49,908 nucleotides of DNA from a virus. Its lineage: Duplodnaviria > Caudoviricetes. Numbering within the stretch: the first letter of the stretch is position 1; the number at the start of each line of letters is the position of its first letter. The translations under genes and the position numbers were made by a program. The stretch lies in IMG/VR virus record IMGVR_UViG_3300037483_000243, positions 1 through 49,908 of that record. One strand, given 5' to 3'. The notes beneath the pieces were generated by a model. It did not search any database, had not been told where the DNA came from, and saw only the letters and a list, made by a program, of their open reading frames with translations. Shown one piece after another: positions 36,760-46,935 of this stretch.

Positions 36760-37224
36760 ATGGCAGGGGCCAAGACTGCCGAGATGGCGGGGGATTTCGC
36801 GGCCCGACTGGATGCCGCGCTCGACGTGTTGGGGCTGAAGGCCGCAACGCTGGAGCCCTGGGGCATCCGCCCGGATACCCTGAGCCGCTGGAAGAAAGAC
36901 GGGAGGGCAAGCGCCCCGAGCCTCCGTCACCTCGAATTGGCGCTTGGCCTACCCCGTGGGGCGTTCGAGTGGGACGACGAGCAGTGGGAGATACTGCTTA
37001 AGGTGCTTAAAACGGTCAGCGCGACCGAACCCGGGGCGGACCCGGCCGACACCATGCTAGCCGGGGCCGTGGCCCTCCTGGAGCAAGCCCGGCGGTTCCG
37101 GCAGAGCCGGGATGCCATCTTCCTGGTGAACCGGCTCACCGATGCCGCGGCGCGGACGGAGCTTCAGAAGCCGACTCGGGCCAGCCGGGCGGTGGAGAAG
37201 CCCCGTAAGAAGCGGAAGGCTTGA
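36760..37224 (+). CDS. XRE-family HTH repressor (CI-like)
   Basis: FAARL..AL...GL......GIRPDTLSRWK...P....L..L...LG; divergent from the early operon; no peptidase domain seen. Confidence 0.7.
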   Translation: MAGAKTAEMAGDFAARLDAALDVLGLKAATLEPWGIRPDTLSRWKKDGRASAPSLRHLELALGLPRGAFEWDDEQWEILLKVLKTVSATEPGADPADTMLAGAVALLEQARRFRQSRDAIFLVNRLTDAAARTELQKPTRASRAVEKPRKKRKA

Positions 37225-37559
37225 CCGCTGGCCGCGAACGGGATCAAGGTGGTCCAGGAGCGCGTAGTACGCCCGGATGAAGAAGTCCTTATCCCGCCCG
37301 TTCGGGATGAACCCCGCCAACAACCGGTCACCGCGGCTGTCCACGATGGAGACGGCAAACTCTCCGTTCGGCCCCATCCCGGGGTCCAGCCACACGCCAC
37401 GTGACGATTCCATGGGCGTCGAGTACTCCCTTCCGTATCGTCCAGCCCCCCCGGCCTTGGCATTCTACGCGCGCTGGCCTGCCCGTCGGAAGTGTGGCGT
37501 CTACGCACTACCACTAGTGGTAGTTGTTCCCGGACCCGGCACAGCGCATCCTTCCCATA

Positions 37560-37730
37560 CGCATGCGCTCTACTTGGCCGGCCTACATCATTCTCGCGCT
37601 CGGCGCGCTCGCCGGCTGTCTGTACGAAGCCCGGCAGCACAATGCGCCCGCGGCCGTCTGGGCCCTCATCGCGATGGGCCTGGGCCTCGCCGCCTCCTAT
37701 GAATCGTGGCAGCGGGACCAACACCGATGA
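37560..37730 (+). CDS. Small membrane protein
   Basis: Two hydrophobic helices; ATGA-coupled to the lipoprotein; start (about MRSTW) approximate. Confidence 0.45.
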   Translation, partial: RMRSTWPAYIILALGALAGCLYEARQHNAPAAVWALIAMGLGLAASYESWQRDQHR

Positions 37731-38158
37731 AAGCCCATGCTGTCGCCGCCGTCCTACTTGCCGCCTGTGCCCCTACCGCACGGCCCGGTGATGGCCTGGG
37801 GGTAATTCCTCCGCAAGCGTTCATGTGGTTGGGATGTGTGGAGTCTACTGTTCGGGCGCGGGCGGATAGCCTCAAGGCGACCCTAGGCCCATACGAACGG
37901 TTCATCCCCCGCGTCCACTGGGACGCCTGCGATGTCCTTGCTCACAACGGGACACCCGAAAAAGTCGAGATCCAGGAAAGCGAACATGGGCGGACCATGA
38001 GCTGGTGGTACTACGACTACGATCAGTATGGAGTGAGCGAAGCGCATCTGCTTACCCTCGAACAACGCATACCTCCTCTACCTAAAGCAGATTCCACGAG
38101 GGGTGGCTACCCCATGAGTTCCGGTTCCCGATGGATCGTGGTATATGTCGGCTGGTAG
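37727..38158 (+). CDS. Lipoprotein (moron/superinfection-exclusion candidate)
   Basis: Signal peptide with lipobox MKAHAVAAVLLAA/C. Confidence 0.65.
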   Translation: MKAHAVAAVLLAACAPTARPGDGLGVIPPQAFMWLGCVESTVRARADSLKATLGPYERFIPRVHWDACDVLAHNGTPEKVEIQESEHGRTMSWWYYDYDQYGVSEAHLLTLEQRIPPLPKADSTRGGYPMSSGSRWIVVYVGW

Positions 38159-38169
38159 AGTATCCCAAG

Positions 38170-38640
38170 CTAGGTGGTCAGCGTTGTTTCGCTGCCCGTG
38201 GCACTCCGCCCGACAAGCTGTCCACTAGAGACGGACAAGCCGGCCCCGGTCGTAATCCCGAAGCGGATGGAACCGGCCGTAGACAGGAGGATCGGCAGTG
38301 TAATTGGCCGCCGACTGAGCGCGAGTTGGGGCGCATCGCCCGCCGACAAGAGGATCGGCCCGCCACTCACCGTATCTGTCCATGCCCCTGCGGTGTAGCC
38401 GGACTTCTCATGGCGGGCGCGATAGTCGCGGCGGAGCCCATCGTTGTTCAAGAGATCCCGATACTGAAACGCCCCGGAGTAGGCACCACCTTGCCATACC
38501 TGAATGCTCTGCCACGTCGTACCGGTATCCTGTCGCTGTAACCGAATGTCAAAACTCCGGTCGCTCGACGGATTGAGTCCCAGAATGATACCAGCTTCGG
38601 CGAAGCCGTCATTTTGGATGAGGTTTGTTGGGAAGGCCAT
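38170..38640 (-). CDS. Tail-tip associated protein
   Basis: FN3-like YRARH...GY....W; last gene of the tail operon. Confidence 0.55.
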   Translation of the reverse strand: MAFPTNLIQNDGFAEAGIILGLNPSSDRSFDIRLQRQDTGTTWQSIQVWQGGAYSGAFQYRDLLNNDGLRRDYRARHEKSGYTAGAWTDTVSGGPILLSAGDAPQLALSRRPITLPILLSTAGSIRFGITTGAGLSVSSGQLVGRSATGSETTLTT

Positions 38641-41016
38641 TTAGAATGGCCCCGCTAAGAGTGTCTCTAGTCCCAACATCGTCGGCGAAGCCGGGGCGAC
38701 CGTGGACGTGGCGAACTTGACGCGCGGAGCTGTCGAGGCCCCACCATACAGATCAATGTGTCGCACGCCCCAGGCATACGTCGTATCCAGCGCCAATCCA
38801 CCACTCACGACATACCGCCTTGTTCCCGCTGGCAACCGGGCCAGTTGGTTGGCCGTACTGAACGCCGCCGCCGTGCTCGTGTCAATGAACATCTCTAGCG
38901 GGTAGCCCACCGTCCCAATGCTCCACAGGGCGGTAAAGCCCGCCCCGTTGATGCCCGTGGAGCCCAAGCCTGAGGGGGCCGTGAGACTCGCCGTGGTCTT
39001 GCCCGTCGAGACGACCCAGGCCGATGGGATGCGGTTGATGTGCTGATTCCGGGCCCGCCCGTAGTACTTGGTTCCCGAGGCCCGCTGGTTGATCGGTGTG
39101 ACCCCCGTGGTATCCGTGGTGAAACCGGCGGTCCACTTGGTAGATGTGGCGGCTGGGGTAGTGCTGCTGGCGGCAATCTGACACTCTGCATAGCCACCGG
39201 CCGTGATACTGCCCAGCGTCACCCGCACCTGATGGCGACTGTCGGCCGTGCTGGTCGAGAGGGTGATGCTCGGACTGGTGAGCGGATTATTGGCCGCGCC
39301 GCCATCGAGGTAGTCATGCGTCGGCCCATCGGGTTGATCCGTGCGGCCGAACACCTGGACAAATCGGGTTCCACCCCGACCGGGAACTGAGGGATTGGGA
39401 TAGGTGCCAAGGGTCACCTTGACCCAATCGCCGGGCTCGACTGACTCTGCGGACGTGAGCCCCATCAAGGAGCCGTAAACCGGGCCATCGCCAAAGCGGT
39501 TGAGCAGTTCCCGTCCGTACTTAGTGCCGTTCTTGATCGCCACTTGATCCTGGTCGGCATTCACCGGATTCGCGGTGTTCGTCCGGTGCCAGCCGTGCCC
39601 CAACAACTCCACTTCCCGTGGCTTGAATCGAGTGGATAGATCATGTTCAACGGGGTGCTCGCGTTCCACGACTTCGAGCCGATCCAAGGCCGGCCCACGC
39701 AACGTGAGTTGCTGAATCTGAGTCGGGTTACTGAGCAGTGGGTTCGTGAATCGGATGATCTTACCTTGCGCGAACGTCTCCACGGTGTAGCGCACCTTGA
39801 CCCGCGTCACCTGTTCCCGGCCCTGATGACTCCACGTCGGATGCTCCGCGAGATTCGCTCCGGTGTAGCTGTAGGTGATGGCGGATGTAGACCCCGGCCA
39901 GAAGGTTTGCTTGATGATGACTTGGCCATCACTGTTGACGCTAGGCACCAGCCCATGCGGCATGTAGACAAAATCCTCTAACCATTCCGCCATATCCATC
40001 GGCCCGGTGAGGCGATACCGAACCCGCACATCCCGGGGCAGACTGTCGAGCGCCGCTGTCGAGTAGCGTGGAAGTTTCGCGCCGGAGCTGGAATAGTCCC
40101 CGTTGTAGACGGCGACGATGGTGTCCTGCAACGTCCGCCCTGAACGCCCCCCGATGTGGAGCGGCATCAGATCGGTGGGCGGGAGCGTCATGGCATGAAG
40201 GAAGGCGCCTTGACCCGCCGTGCTGAAACCGGACGGCATGCCGACCCAGACGTACAGCGCCGTTGCGTCCGGCTCCTCGGTAAACGCCTTGAGCGGGTCT
40301 TGGACATAGGCGTTGTAGTCCAGCATGTCCCGGCTAGGGAAGTTGCGGATCGGGTAGTCCACGCCATTCAATCGGATACGCGCATGGCGAAAGAGTCCCG
40401 TCACGGTGCTGGCACTCGCAATGTGCGGATCGGCAACGACATCATCGGCGAGCGCATCGCGGATGAGCCCAGTCGGTTCTTGGTTACTGACGCTCCACTT
40501 CAGCCGCCGCCACTTCGCACTCGCCGTACTTGCTCGGAGTTCGTAGTTGAGGGCAGACGGCGGGCCGAACGGCCCATAGATCGCGTGAACCCCGGCCGGA
40601 AAGAGTCGCGTCGTATTCGTTGTGAAGATGTTGGTCTGCCGCTCCAGGGTCCGCTCGTCCTCCACCGTCACCCGGAACCCCGCCACATCGGACAGGAGTT
40701 CGGTATTGGTGATCCGGCCCGTCCCGAGCTTGACCGCCGTCGAGCCATCCTTGGCGCACCGCACTTGCAGCAGCCGGCCAAGCTTGTCATAGCGGCCGCT
40801 TGACGCGAGCAGAGCCGAGAAACTAGAACCCACGTCCAGCACGTCCACATACCACGGCTGAGATTCCGACCGGCCGTAGAGGGGACGGATCAACGGCCTC
40901 CGGACCGTCGGCGCTTCGGAGAGTCGGGAGTCGGTGAGCGTGAACGCCACATGCGCCGTGCTGGTATCCGGCGCGGTGCTCTTGTAGACGTAGACCGTGT
41001 AGGCTTTCGCGCTCAT
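38641..41016 (-). CDS. Central tail hub/fibre protein with C-terminal FN3-like domains
   Basis: 791 aa at tail-tip position; VEPGDWV.V, TKYYGRAR, L..DTTY.W.VR. Confidence 0.7.
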   Translation of the reverse strand: MSAKAYTVYVYKSTAPDTSTAHVAFTLTDSRLSEAPTVRRPLIRPLYGRSESQPWYVDVLDVGSSFSALLASSGRYDKLGRLLQVRCAKDGSTAVKLGTGRITNTELLSDVAGFRVTVEDERTLERQTNIFTTNTTRLFPAGVHAIYGPFGPPSALNYELRASTASAKWRRLKWSVSNQEPTGLIRDALADDVVADPHIASASTVTGLFRHARIRLNGVDYPIRNFPSRDMLDYNAYVQDPLKAFTEEPDATALYVWVGMPSGFSTAGQGAFLHAMTLPPTDLMPLHIGGRSGRTLQDTIVAVYNGDYSSSGAKLPRYSTAALDSLPRDVRVRYRLTGPMDMAEWLEDFVYMPHGLVPSVNSDGQVIIKQTFWPGSTSAITYSYTGANLAEHPTWSHQGREQVTRVKVRYTVETFAQGKIIRFTNPLLSNPTQIQQLTLRGPALDRLEVVEREHPVEHDLSTRFKPREVELLGHGWHRTNTANPVNADQDQVAIKNGTKYGRELLNRFGDGPVYGSLMGLTSAESVEPGDWVKVTLGTYPNPSVPGRGGTRFVQVFGRTDQPDGPTHDYLDGGAANNPLTSPSITLSTSTADSRHQVRVTLGSITAGGYAECQIAASSTTPAATSTKWTAGFTTDTTGVTPINQRASGTKYYGRARNQHINRIPSAWVVSTGKTTASLTAPSGLGSTGINGAGFTALWSIGTVGYPLEMFIDTSTAAAFSTANQLARLPAGTRRYVVSGGLALDTTYAWGVRHIDLYGGASTAPRVKFATSTVAPASPTMLGLETLLAGPF

Positions 41017-41573
41017 GTGCCCGCCAGCCGCCGCATGGTGGCCATGCTGTGGACACCGCGGTAGAACAGCAAGTCACGCAGAGCGAGGAACGCTCGGAAG
41101 GACGTTCCTAATCCGCCAAGGTGTAGGATGTTGGCCGCCCAGTAGGAACCGACCGAGACATTAGTAGCGGTCGTCGCCGTCGTTTCCGCCGCGCCGTTAA
41201 TGGACTGACCGATGATGACGGTTCCACTCCCACCGGTCACACTGAGTACCACGCGCAACTCCACGAGATTGCCGACGCTCGGAGCGGTACCCAAGGTTGC
41301 CGTTGCCGTCGTTGCGGCAACGCTGGTAAAGATCACCTGATAGAATCCTGATGCGGCGAGGAGTTGCAAGAGTGGATGTGCCGCTCCAGCGGCATCGCTA
41401 ATGCGCCAGAGGACATGGGTCCCGCCCGTTGCGATGTTGCCGGTTTCCACGAACCGAACATATGAGGTCATGGCGATTGGCCGACCCATGACATTTGACC
41501 ATGAGAGTTGGTCAGTGGCCCGCGTCACCGCCGCCCCGTTCGTCCGCATGTAGCTACTGGCGGTCTTGGCCAT
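41013..41573 (-). CDS. Tail spike/fibre C-terminal LamG-like portion
   Basis: Begins SSYMRT.GAAVTRATD, the usual continuation of the preceding domain. Confidence 0.6.
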   Translation of the reverse strand: MAKTASSYMRTNGAAVTRATDQLSWSNVMGRPIAMTSYVRFVETGNIATGGTHVLWRISDAAGAAHPLLQLLAASGFYQVIFTSVAATTATATLGTAPSVGNLVELRVVLSVTGGSGTVIIGQSINGAAETTATTATNVSVGSYWAANILHLGGLGTSFRAFLALRDLLFYRGVHSMATMRRLAGT

Positions 41574-42752
41574 CTACTGCTCCACCTGCACACCGTAGAG
41601 GTAGATGTTGCCCCGCGCTGTACTGGCGACCCCGGCCGGGTAGAGACGCACCGCATAATTAAGAGCGGAAACGGCCGACGTACTCCGGGCCGCGATCCGC
41701 CACCAGCCCGCCCGAAACCGCTCCATGGGGGCCGCCGCGACCCCGTTGGCGTAGGCGATACTCGGGACGCCGCTGGACCACGATACATTAAAACTGATGC
41801 GCGTTGCGCCGCCCGTGGCGGAAATGAGTTGCACCGTCGCCGTGTTCACCGTCGTCCCTTGCTTCGCGGACAGTGACAGAACCGCGAATGTTGAGGTAAG
41901 GGCGATGTCTGTACTGCGGATGAAGGATTGCGCCGTGGTCAGGTTGTCACTTAGGAGCACCGCCGCCGTGCCGCCTTTGGGGTCAGCCTGTCCTGTCGTG
42001 AGCGAAGGGCTCCCGCTCCGGGACCATGCGACCGTTGAGGCGAATGCTTCCGAGTAGGGCAGCCGATTCGTCCGGGCCGGTTCCAGTAGGAGCGTCGGGA
42101 ATGTGCGCGGCCCCACGCTAGTGGGATTCGCCATCCAGCTTACCCGCGCCTTGTTCGTGGCCGCCGTGCTCACCGTTCCGAAGCCGTAGTCACCCGAGCT
42201 GATGCTGGCGTAACTGGCGGGCGCGCTGGTGCTGGTCACGCGGGCAAACGTCGCCGTCGCCACCCCGTGCTTGAGGCTCCCGCCCGCCCGGTAGGCAAAG
42301 ATCACGTCGGTGCCCTTTACCTGGCCGGTGAACGGGCTTTCATCCGTCTTGCGGAACCGGACCGAGACCTGGTGCTCCCCATAGCCCGCGCGCTGGGCAT
42401 CCAACGCCGCTTGTGTCGGGCTCATGGGATCCATGAGGATGACGGCGTTGTACAGCGCCGAGTCGTTGAGGTTCGGGATGTACGTCAGCGTCTTACCCTG
42501 GCTCCCGGCCTTCAGCATCTCTATCAGTCCATCCGGGTCAGCCGAGTACCGAATGGTGCCGGTCAACTCGTAGGCGCCGTTCCCAACGCTGTACGTCTCC
42601 ACAGCGGATCGGTCCAAGGACTCCCGGCGGTAGACGGCCTGATTGTGATGGGGCGTCACTTCTACCAATGGCTGATCCAACAGAAAGACCCGCGACGTAT
42701 TGGCATCTTCCGTCGAAGTCCAGAGGATCGCGGCATTCCCGAACTTGGCCAT
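41574..42752 (-). CDS. Distal-tail-like protein fused to spike-fibre/carbohydrate-binding domain
   Basis: Follows TMP; LLLEPARTN.L.YSE.F, GWWRI, YLYGVQVE. Confidence 0.65.
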   Translation of the reverse strand: MAKFGNAAILWTSTEDANTSRVFLLDQPLVEVTPHHNQAVYRRESLDRSAVETYSVGNGAYELTGTIRYSADPDGLIEMLKAGSQGKTLTYIPNLNDSALYNAVILMDPMSPTQAALDAQRAGYGEHQVSVRFRKTDESPFTGQVKGTDVIFAYRAGGSLKHGVATATFARVTSTSAPASYASISSGDYGFGTVSTAATNKARVSWMANPTSVGPRTFPTLLLEPARTNRLPYSEAFASTVAWSRSGSPSLTTGQADPKGGTAAVLLSDNLTTAQSFIRSTDIALTSTFAVLSLSAKQGTTVNTATVQLISATGGATRISFNVSWSSGVPSIAYANGVAAAPMERFRAGWWRIAARSTSAVSALNYAVRLYPAGVASTARGNIYLYGVQVEQ

Positions 42753-44260
42753 TAGCGCCTCGCCAACCGGAAGCCGCCGGCTTCAAGCTGAAGATTGCTC
42801 TCGGCGAGCGCCTTGAGCCATTGGGCATCGCGGGCAATGCTGATCGGATCACGGGCCGGGCCGACGTTGATGTTCATGCCACTGAACTCCGGCGGACCAA
42901 CCGGTGAACCACGCGGCCCAGGACCTCCACCGGGAACGAGGCCACCGATGGCCGAACCACCAGGCACAAATCCAAGACCCGCCTTGAACACGAAGCCGAG
43001 GATGCCGCCAACACCACCTTTCCCACTTCCTAGCCGTCGCAGTGCTTGAATCAACGCATCTTCAAAGAGCGACGCGAAGATGTTCTTGAGCACGTTCCCG
43101 AATCCCTTGAACCCCTCGAAGGCCGACCGCACGAATCCCCGGGTAAAGGCCCCGGCCGCCGTCAATCCGAGATCATCGAAGTCCTGTTTCATCTTCGACT
43201 TGACCCAAGGCGGGGCTACCACATCGGCAAGGTCAGGCACGGGGAACATCTCTTGCCCGATCTGTGCCTGTCGCGCAAGCCGCTCGGCCCGCGTAATCGC
43301 GCCCGGCAACCCCAGCGGTCCGCGCGCTTCCAGTTCTCGGAGTGCCTGCACTTCCCGGTTGTAGGCACGGATAGGATCGAGGGCGTCGCGGACGACATCG
43401 GCCTGATGCTGCATCTTCGAGGACCATTCTTCTATTGCTTCCGCTGCATGCAGGGGGATCAGCTCGATGCCCTTACTGGCCTGCTCAAAGGCGTCTTTGA
43501 TCTTCTCCCATGCGCGCCGGCCGGCTTCCCCAAAGCTATCAACAGCTACCGTCGCCCCAGCGACGCCCTTACTCACCTCGATGAATTGCTTTTCCAGGGC
43601 CTTCACGTTCGCCGACCGGATAGCCTCAAGGAACACCTTGTCAGGGCCTTCGATGACCCGATCCCGTTCCCGGATGATGCGGCTACTGAGCGCGGCCTGT
43701 TGGGCTTGGAGGGCCACAAGGTTTTGGCCCGTCTCGACCTTCTGCTGTTCCGGCAAATCCCGCCACGCATCAGCGTACTTCTTGACCATTTCAGCGGCGT
43801 CACGGGCGCCTTCGCGGATCTTATGGAAACCCACGGCCAACGCCGCCAGCCCCGCCGCTACGCCAAGGCCAATCGTGCTGCCGGCGCCAAACAGGAGTAG
43901 GCCAGAGGTAAGCGCCCCAAGCGGGCCACGCGCCCCAACTGTCGAGGCGGCCAGACTCACCAGCCCGCCTCGCATCGTCCCTAGACCCCGGCGGGCTCTT
44001 TCTAATCGGGGACCGGTGGCCACCAGAATAGAGTTGAACGCGGCCAACTCTTGCCCGGCCGGCTGAAGCCCGGCGCTTCGGAGTCCAATAGCCTGCTGGC
44101 GGGCGGCGGCAAGGGCATTCTGGTAATCCCTAATAGAGATGATCCCGGCCTTGAAGTCAGCACTCGACTGTTTGATATCGGTTTGGAGGGAGCGGAAGGC
44201 TTGTTTTGCCTGTCCGACATCCGCCCGCGCGGTCATCAGTACGTCACCGACCTGCGCCAT
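42752..44260 (-). CDS. Tape measure protein (short, 502 aa)
   Basis: MAQVGDV.....AD, A/G-rich amphipathic helices, position after chaperones. Confidence 0.8.
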   Translation of the reverse strand: MAQVGDVLMTARADVGQAKQAFRSLQTDIKQSSADFKAGIISIRDYQNALAAARQQAIGLRSAGLQPAGQELAAFNSILVATGPRLERARRGLGTMRGGLVSLAASTVGARGPLGALTSGLLLFGAGSTIGLGVAAGLAALAVGFHKIREGARDAAEMVKKYADAWRDLPEQQKVETGQNLVALQAQQAALSSRIIRERDRVIEGPDKVFLEAIRSANVKALEKQFIEVSKGVAGATVAVDSFGEAGRRAWEKIKDAFEQASKGIELIPLHAAEAIEEWSSKMQHQADVVRDALDPIRAYNREVQALRELEARGPLGLPGAITRAERLARQAQIGQEMFPVPDLADVVAPPWVKSKMKQDFDDLGLTAAGAFTRGFVRSAFEGFKGFGNVLKNIFASLFEDALIQALRRLGSGKGGVGGILGFVFKAGLGFVPGGSAIGGLVPGGGPGPRGSPVGPPEFSGMNINVGPARDPISIARDAQWLKALAESNLQLEAGGFRLARR

Positions 44261-44444
44261 GCAGCCTCCGCATAAGTTCTTCCGCCTTTGCTGGCTGGCT
44301 CATCCCGTCATCCGGGGCATCTTCCCCGTAGTGCGCCTGACACCAGCCGAGCAAGTCACCGGGGCTGCATCGCGCAACCTCCCACGGACGCAGCCCCGCA
44401 CGCATCGCTGCGCGTTCCAGCCGTGGGATCAGCTCGTAGGGTTT
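44244..44444 (-). CDS. Tail assembly chaperone GT extension via -1 frameshift
   Basis: Slippery A-AAC-CCT (44444-44438) just before the G stop; -1 frame gives GLRPWE....SP.DL. Confidence 0.7.
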   Translation of the reverse strand, partial: KPYELIPRLERAAMRAGLRPWEVARCSPGDLLGWCQAHYGEDAPDDGMSQPAKAEELMRRLHGAGR

Positions 44445-44749
44445 GCGGCGACCCCTGCTCCCTCCAGGCTTTCTTTGATCGCGCCCGCCACGGCTTGAGA
44501 GACCGCCGCGAGATTGTCCAACCCCATCCACCCCTCTACCTGTCCCAGGGTCAGATCAGGATGCCCATGGATGAGTCCACCCCAGACCAAGGCGCTCAGG
44601 GTTGTAGGGTCCATCATCCGGTCGGCAACCTGCTCATCCCCCAGCAAGTCGAGGAGATTGACGCCCTGCTCTTTGTGGAGCCGGCGGATCACTCCCCACG
44701 GCTTGTAGGCCAGCGTGTACGTCATCCCATTCAGTTGCAGCGTCGCCAT
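44429..44749 (-). CDS. Tail assembly chaperone (G)
   Basis: L...WGGL.H..PDLT..QV..W; ends ANPTS. Confidence 0.8.
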   Translation of the reverse strand: MATLQLNGMTYTLAYKPWGVIRRLHKEQGVNLLDLLGDEQVADRMMDPTTLSALVWGGLIHGHPDLTLGQVEGWMGLDNLAAVSQAVAGAIKESLEGAGVAANPTS

Positions 44750-45171
44750 TAGGACTCCGTAATCGCGCCGTCCCCGGCCACACTGAAGTTGTGCATCACA
44801 GGTGAGGTCTGGTCGCCATCGAGGTCAAACCCGCTGACGTAGCCATTCCCCTTCCACGTCTGCCCACCGGCTGACGTGCTGCTGATGAAGGCGAACCACT
44901 TGCGCGTGCCTGCGAGGGCAGCCGCCCGGAGCGTATCCTGTTCCTGGGTTGCCGCCGTCGAGAGATGCACCGTCCGGGCCCGCACCGTCCACTTGGCGAT
45001 CCCCGGCAAGGTCTGTTCCCAGCCAGACGTGTCCTGGTGCACCACCGAGACCTCCGGCCGGTCGAGCGTCAAAGTTGCGCCCTGGAGCCCGCCGAAACTC
45101 ACCAGCGACCCACTGGACGTGGCCGCCACCTGACAGCGGATGAGTCGGCCGTTAAACGCATTCGTCGCCAT
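44749..45171 (-). CDS. Major tail tube protein (TP901-1-like)
   Basis: D..GW...LPG...W.V, G.GYVS, FS..GDGA. Confidence 0.82.
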   Translation of the reverse strand: MATNAFNGRLIRCQVAATSSGSLVSFGGLQGATLTLDRPEVSVVHQDTSGWEQTLPGIAKWTVRARTVHLSTAATQEQDTLRAAALAGTRKWFAFISSTSAGGQTWKGNGYVSGFDLDGDQTSPVMHNFSVAGDGAITES

Positions 45172-45181
45172 AGTGCCTCCC

Positions 45182-45604
45182 TTACGTCGTCCGGGACCGC
45201 CACGCCACGAAGTTCGCGGCCATCAGCGGTCGTTGGTTCTCATCCCGCCCCAGAAAGAACGGCTCACCCTCAAGCCGGAAATCCAGATACTTCCGGCTGT
45301 TGATCGTTAGCCCACCCGTCAGATTCAATGCCGCCACCGCCGCGGTCATCTTCGCTTCCAGTCCCGTGCTGCTCGTGGCGCTATCCCGGACCCGGACCTG
45401 GAACGTCGGGTAGGTCAGGTCCTCGGCACTCATCTGGGGGAATCCCCCGGTCACCGTCACGGCAATCATCTTCGCCTGGCTGCTCGAGCCGATGGTTCCC
45501 GGCAAGAAGTCCCGCGCGACGATGCGCCAGGTCGCCGTGCTACTCGTGGTCCCGACGCCCTGCGTGCTGAGACGTCGAATGACATCATCAACGAGTTCGG
45601 CCAC
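45182..45604 (-). CDS. Tail terminator
   Basis: TGG, PTFQVRVR, LGRDENQRP....NF. Confidence 0.75.
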   Translation of the reverse strand: MAELVDDVIRRLSTQGVGTTSSTATWRIVARDFLPGTIGSSSQAKMIAVTVTGGFPQMSAEDLTYPTFQVRVRDSATSSTGLEAKMTAAVAALNLTGGLTINSRKYLDFRLEGEPFFLGRDENQRPLMAANFVAWRSRTT

Positions 45605-46112
45605 GCTGCCCCAACCCTGCGATAAAGGCTCGGACTTCGGTCGCCACCACTTCGGCTAACCGGCTCGCGTGGTTCTGCACCGGGATGGCCAGGTACTTCC
45701 ACTGGCCTACCCGGGCGAAGTGCTTGTATCGCTTCCCCTGGGGCGAGACACCGCCTGTCTTGCCCGAGCGGGGGTTCTCATGCACCGCCAGGGCGTAGGG
45801 AGCCGCCGGCCCACCAAACCCCAGGACGGCCGCCACGTCATCCACCGTGCGGGGCTGCATCGCCGCCACCGCCTCCGGGCTTGGCACCGCCCCCGGGGGA
45901 ACATCCCGAAGGCTGCGCGTCATCACAAACCCCGAGGCTCGGAGCACGCCGGTATCTACCGGGACGAGTTGTCCCTTAGCTTCGGCCATGACTTCCTCAC
46001 CCCAGCGGAACAGGCCGCGCTCGATGGCCACCTGTTGCCCACTGGCCAGCTTCTCCAAGTTGGCCAGCAAGGCGGCATCGCCCGTCATCGTGAGACTCAG
46101 GATCTCAGCCAC
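45588..46112 (-). CDS. Neck/tail completion protein (HK97 gp10-like)
   Basis: VPVDTG.LR.SG, YA..VHE, QWKYL..P. Confidence 0.75.
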   Translation of the reverse strand: MAEILSLTMTGDAALLANLEKLASGQQVAIERGLFRWGEEVMAEAKGQLVPVDTGVLRASGFVMTRSLRDVPPGAVPSPEAVAAMQPRTVDDVAAVLGFGGPAAPYALAVHENPRSGKTGGVSPQGKRYKHFARVGQWKYLAIPVQNHASRLAEVVATEVRAFIAGLGQRGRTR

Positions 46113-46443
46113 AGTAGAGCACCTGGAAACTCACCCCGCTGCGTTCCGGGAACGTCCCCACGTTCACAATCGGAGGTGTCGTGGCATCGGGCAGCGTCAC
46201 CCGATCCTGGACGGTGAAGTTCGGCGTCCCGCCCGTGCTACTCGGCCCGACATAGACCTCTTGCCGATACAGCACGTCGCGCCCACTCGGCCCCTTCGTG
46301 AGCCCCTGTTTACCGGCCACGAGCACAGGGAACGTCGTGGCCGAGGTGCTGAAACTCGGATCGCCCCGGCTGTTATAGCCCGCAAAGGCGTTCCGAGTCG
46401 CCGTCTGACTCAACTGTCCCGCGAGCGTGCGCCAGAGCGTCAT
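46105..46443 (-). CDS. Head closure (stopper) protein
   Basis: 112 aa, DRVTLPD; synteny. Confidence 0.65.
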   Translation of the reverse strand: MTLWRTLAGQLSQTATRNAFAGYNSRGDPSFSTSATTFPVLVAGKQGLTKGPSGRDVLYRQEVYVGPSSTGGTPNFTVQDRVTLPDATTPPIVNVGTFPERSGVSFQVLYCG

Positions 46444-46877
46444 GTGCTCTCCGTCTCCGTCTGGATGCTCCCCGGTTCATCCATCATGCCGACCGTAAAC
46501 TGGTCCACTATACGGTCGGTATCGTCCGCTCGGCTATCCCGGTCCGCCACCCGACTCCCGCCGACGAACGGCGTCACGCTGAAGGCTGCTTGGGTCCGCA
46601 ACGCCTTAGCGAGCTGCTGGAGCTTCTGGGCCCGATCTCCCCATTCCGCGCTGAACGGTCCAACCGCCTCGCCCTCGGCTAGCCGCGTGGCGTATTGGTT
46701 CGCCAGACTCTCGCAGGCCCGCGCCGCGGCGTAGTTGACCGTTGGGGTCTGGGCGATGAGGTAACTCAGTTCCTCGTCCGCGAGGAGCACTGAATCCGCA
46801 GTCGAGGTCTGGCCGCAGAGGAATCGGACGGCATCCCCGTTGGAGTTGGACGGGTCGCCGCTATAGCTCCACGTCAC
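46440..46877 (-). CDS. Head-tail adaptor
   Basis: MTWSYSGDP....DAVRFL, L.DEE..Y, AAA.AC..LA, F..GM.D. Confidence 0.78.
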   Translation of the reverse strand: MTWSYSGDPSNSNGDAVRFLCGQTSTADSVLLADEELSYLIAQTPTVNYAAARACESLANQYATRLAEGEAVGPFSAEWGDRAQKLQQLAKALRTQAAFSVTPFVGGSRVADRDSRADDTDRIVDQFTVGMMDEPGSIQTETEST

Positions 46878-46935
46878 CGGGTTTCACTCCTGACCGGCGG
46901 CCCGTGCCAGACCCAGGCCCCACCCCAGCAGTACG

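Noticed and set aside
41574-41576. Genome-wide amber stop recoding
   Set aside because: TAG terminates several genes at natural ends (e.g. 1619, 10090, 12212, 38170), core genes are not fragmented, and there is no suppressor tRNA.
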